64,000 nucleotides of DNA from Octopus sinensis (taxonomy: Eukaryota). The notes under the pieces are model-generated. The model made no database searches. It saw nothing but the letters and a program-made list of their open reading frames with translations, and was not told the DNA's origin. The stretch is taken from the NCBI RefSeq assembly GCF_006345805.1, contig NC_043021.1, forward strand, positions 3,038,001 to 3,102,000, in the 5' to 3' direction. Below, in pieces: positions 63,031 to 64,000 of this stretch. Within the stretch, counting starts at the first letter, position 1; every line of letters begins with the position of its first letter. Position numbers and translations under genes: made by a program.

Positions 63031-63549
63031 GTCCCTTTATCATACACTTGGCATAAAACCACCTACCTCCACCTTCCCTTTCCATATATTTCCTCTTGCA
63101 CTTCATAAATTCTGTAAAGTGGTTGGCTTTAAGAAGGGCACCCAACCATAGAAATCATACTGAAGATGACATTGGAGTTTGATGTGGCCCCCGCAGCTTG
63201 CTGGTTCCCCACTAAACCATCCGACTCATGCCAGCATAGAAAGTGGATATTAAGTGGTGATGATGATGATGATGATGATGATGATGGCAATATATATGTA
63301 AATTATTTTGTATTGTAGGATGTGTAAATCTCTTTCAGGTTTTGCAACTCTGACATCTGAAGATTATTGTGGATGTGGCTTTTTAAGCAAATGCAACCAC
63401 TCCTGGATTAATGTAGTGTAATAGGGAGAAGTAGCACTTAATAAGTATTGGTTATTAGAAGAGATTATCATATTGGTTGGGTTATAAGAAGAGATAAGCT
63501 AAAGGTAAGCCTCAAGTTTCAGTAAACCATGATTGGCAGGAAAGCTCAC

Positions 63550-63589
63550 CTGGGAAGATCAGGATAGTTGACAATCTCGTCACTGCTGA
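63550..63589 (-). CDS. Candidate 40 nt internal exon (SSDEIVNYPDLP frame), unidentified gene
   Basis: Strong acceptor cttctattccccatcttattattcacctcccattcag| and consensus donor CAG|gtgagc; two of three frames open, so the frame is a guess. Confidence 0.35.
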
Positions 63590-64000
63590 CTGAATGGGAG
63601 GTGAATAATAAGATGGGGAATAGAAGTATTACTTTTAAATTTTAATTAGTTTTAACCTAATTGTCTTTATCTTTTCTTTTGTGGGCTTCTTGCATGCTCC
63701 AACAAAATATTTTTTATTTGTTCCTAAAAATGTATATCTCATAGTTAAAATGGTCAGTATGTCATTAATGATAATGAGTCTCATTTTCCCAAGTTTTTAA
63801 GAAACTTAAAATTTTTAACAAGCCTGTGGGAATGTCAAGTGCTCAGAAATATGTCTGAAAAAATATTATTCTAACAGCACTTTTAAAAATACTGAACAAG
63901 GCACATGTAGAACTAGGTGGTGAAGAATCTCATTTTACAAGCACATAGTTTTGTGTTCAGGTTCACTGCACAGGATCTTGGGCAAGTGTATTCTACCATA

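Overview
AT-rich, repeat-dense eukaryotic DNA; the SINE and microsatellite landscape suggests a coleoid cephalopod such as Octopus (inference). I found no host protein-coding gene that I can name. Nearly all ORFs in the supplied track are translations of SINEs or microsatellites. The window is dominated by: (A) a ~400 bp tRNA-headed SINE with an internal TA/CA microsatellite and a (GAGTAAAA)n tail (~30 copies or fragments); (B) a ~230 bp SINE whose young copies share a 3' tail with an L1/Tx1-like LINE remnant in the same window, including a 2.3 kb head-to-tail array; (C) RTE-type 3'-tail elements ending in (GAT)n, including a 1.6 kb multimer at 61.1-62.7 kb. Also present: non-autonomous Helitron-like elements, TTAA-flanked piggyBac-like MITEs, an internally deleted mariner, a Tc1-like MITE and RTE ORF2 scraps. 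The most striking feature is a 133 bp fold-back at 20074-20206 carrying a type-I hammerhead ribozyme motif on each strand, next to a second perfect 96 bp inverted repeat. Scattered splice signals suggest, weakly, that the window is intronic or 5' territory of a large minus-strand gene with alternative first exons. Family labels A/B/C and P1-P3 are my own; boundaries of degenerate copies are approximate.
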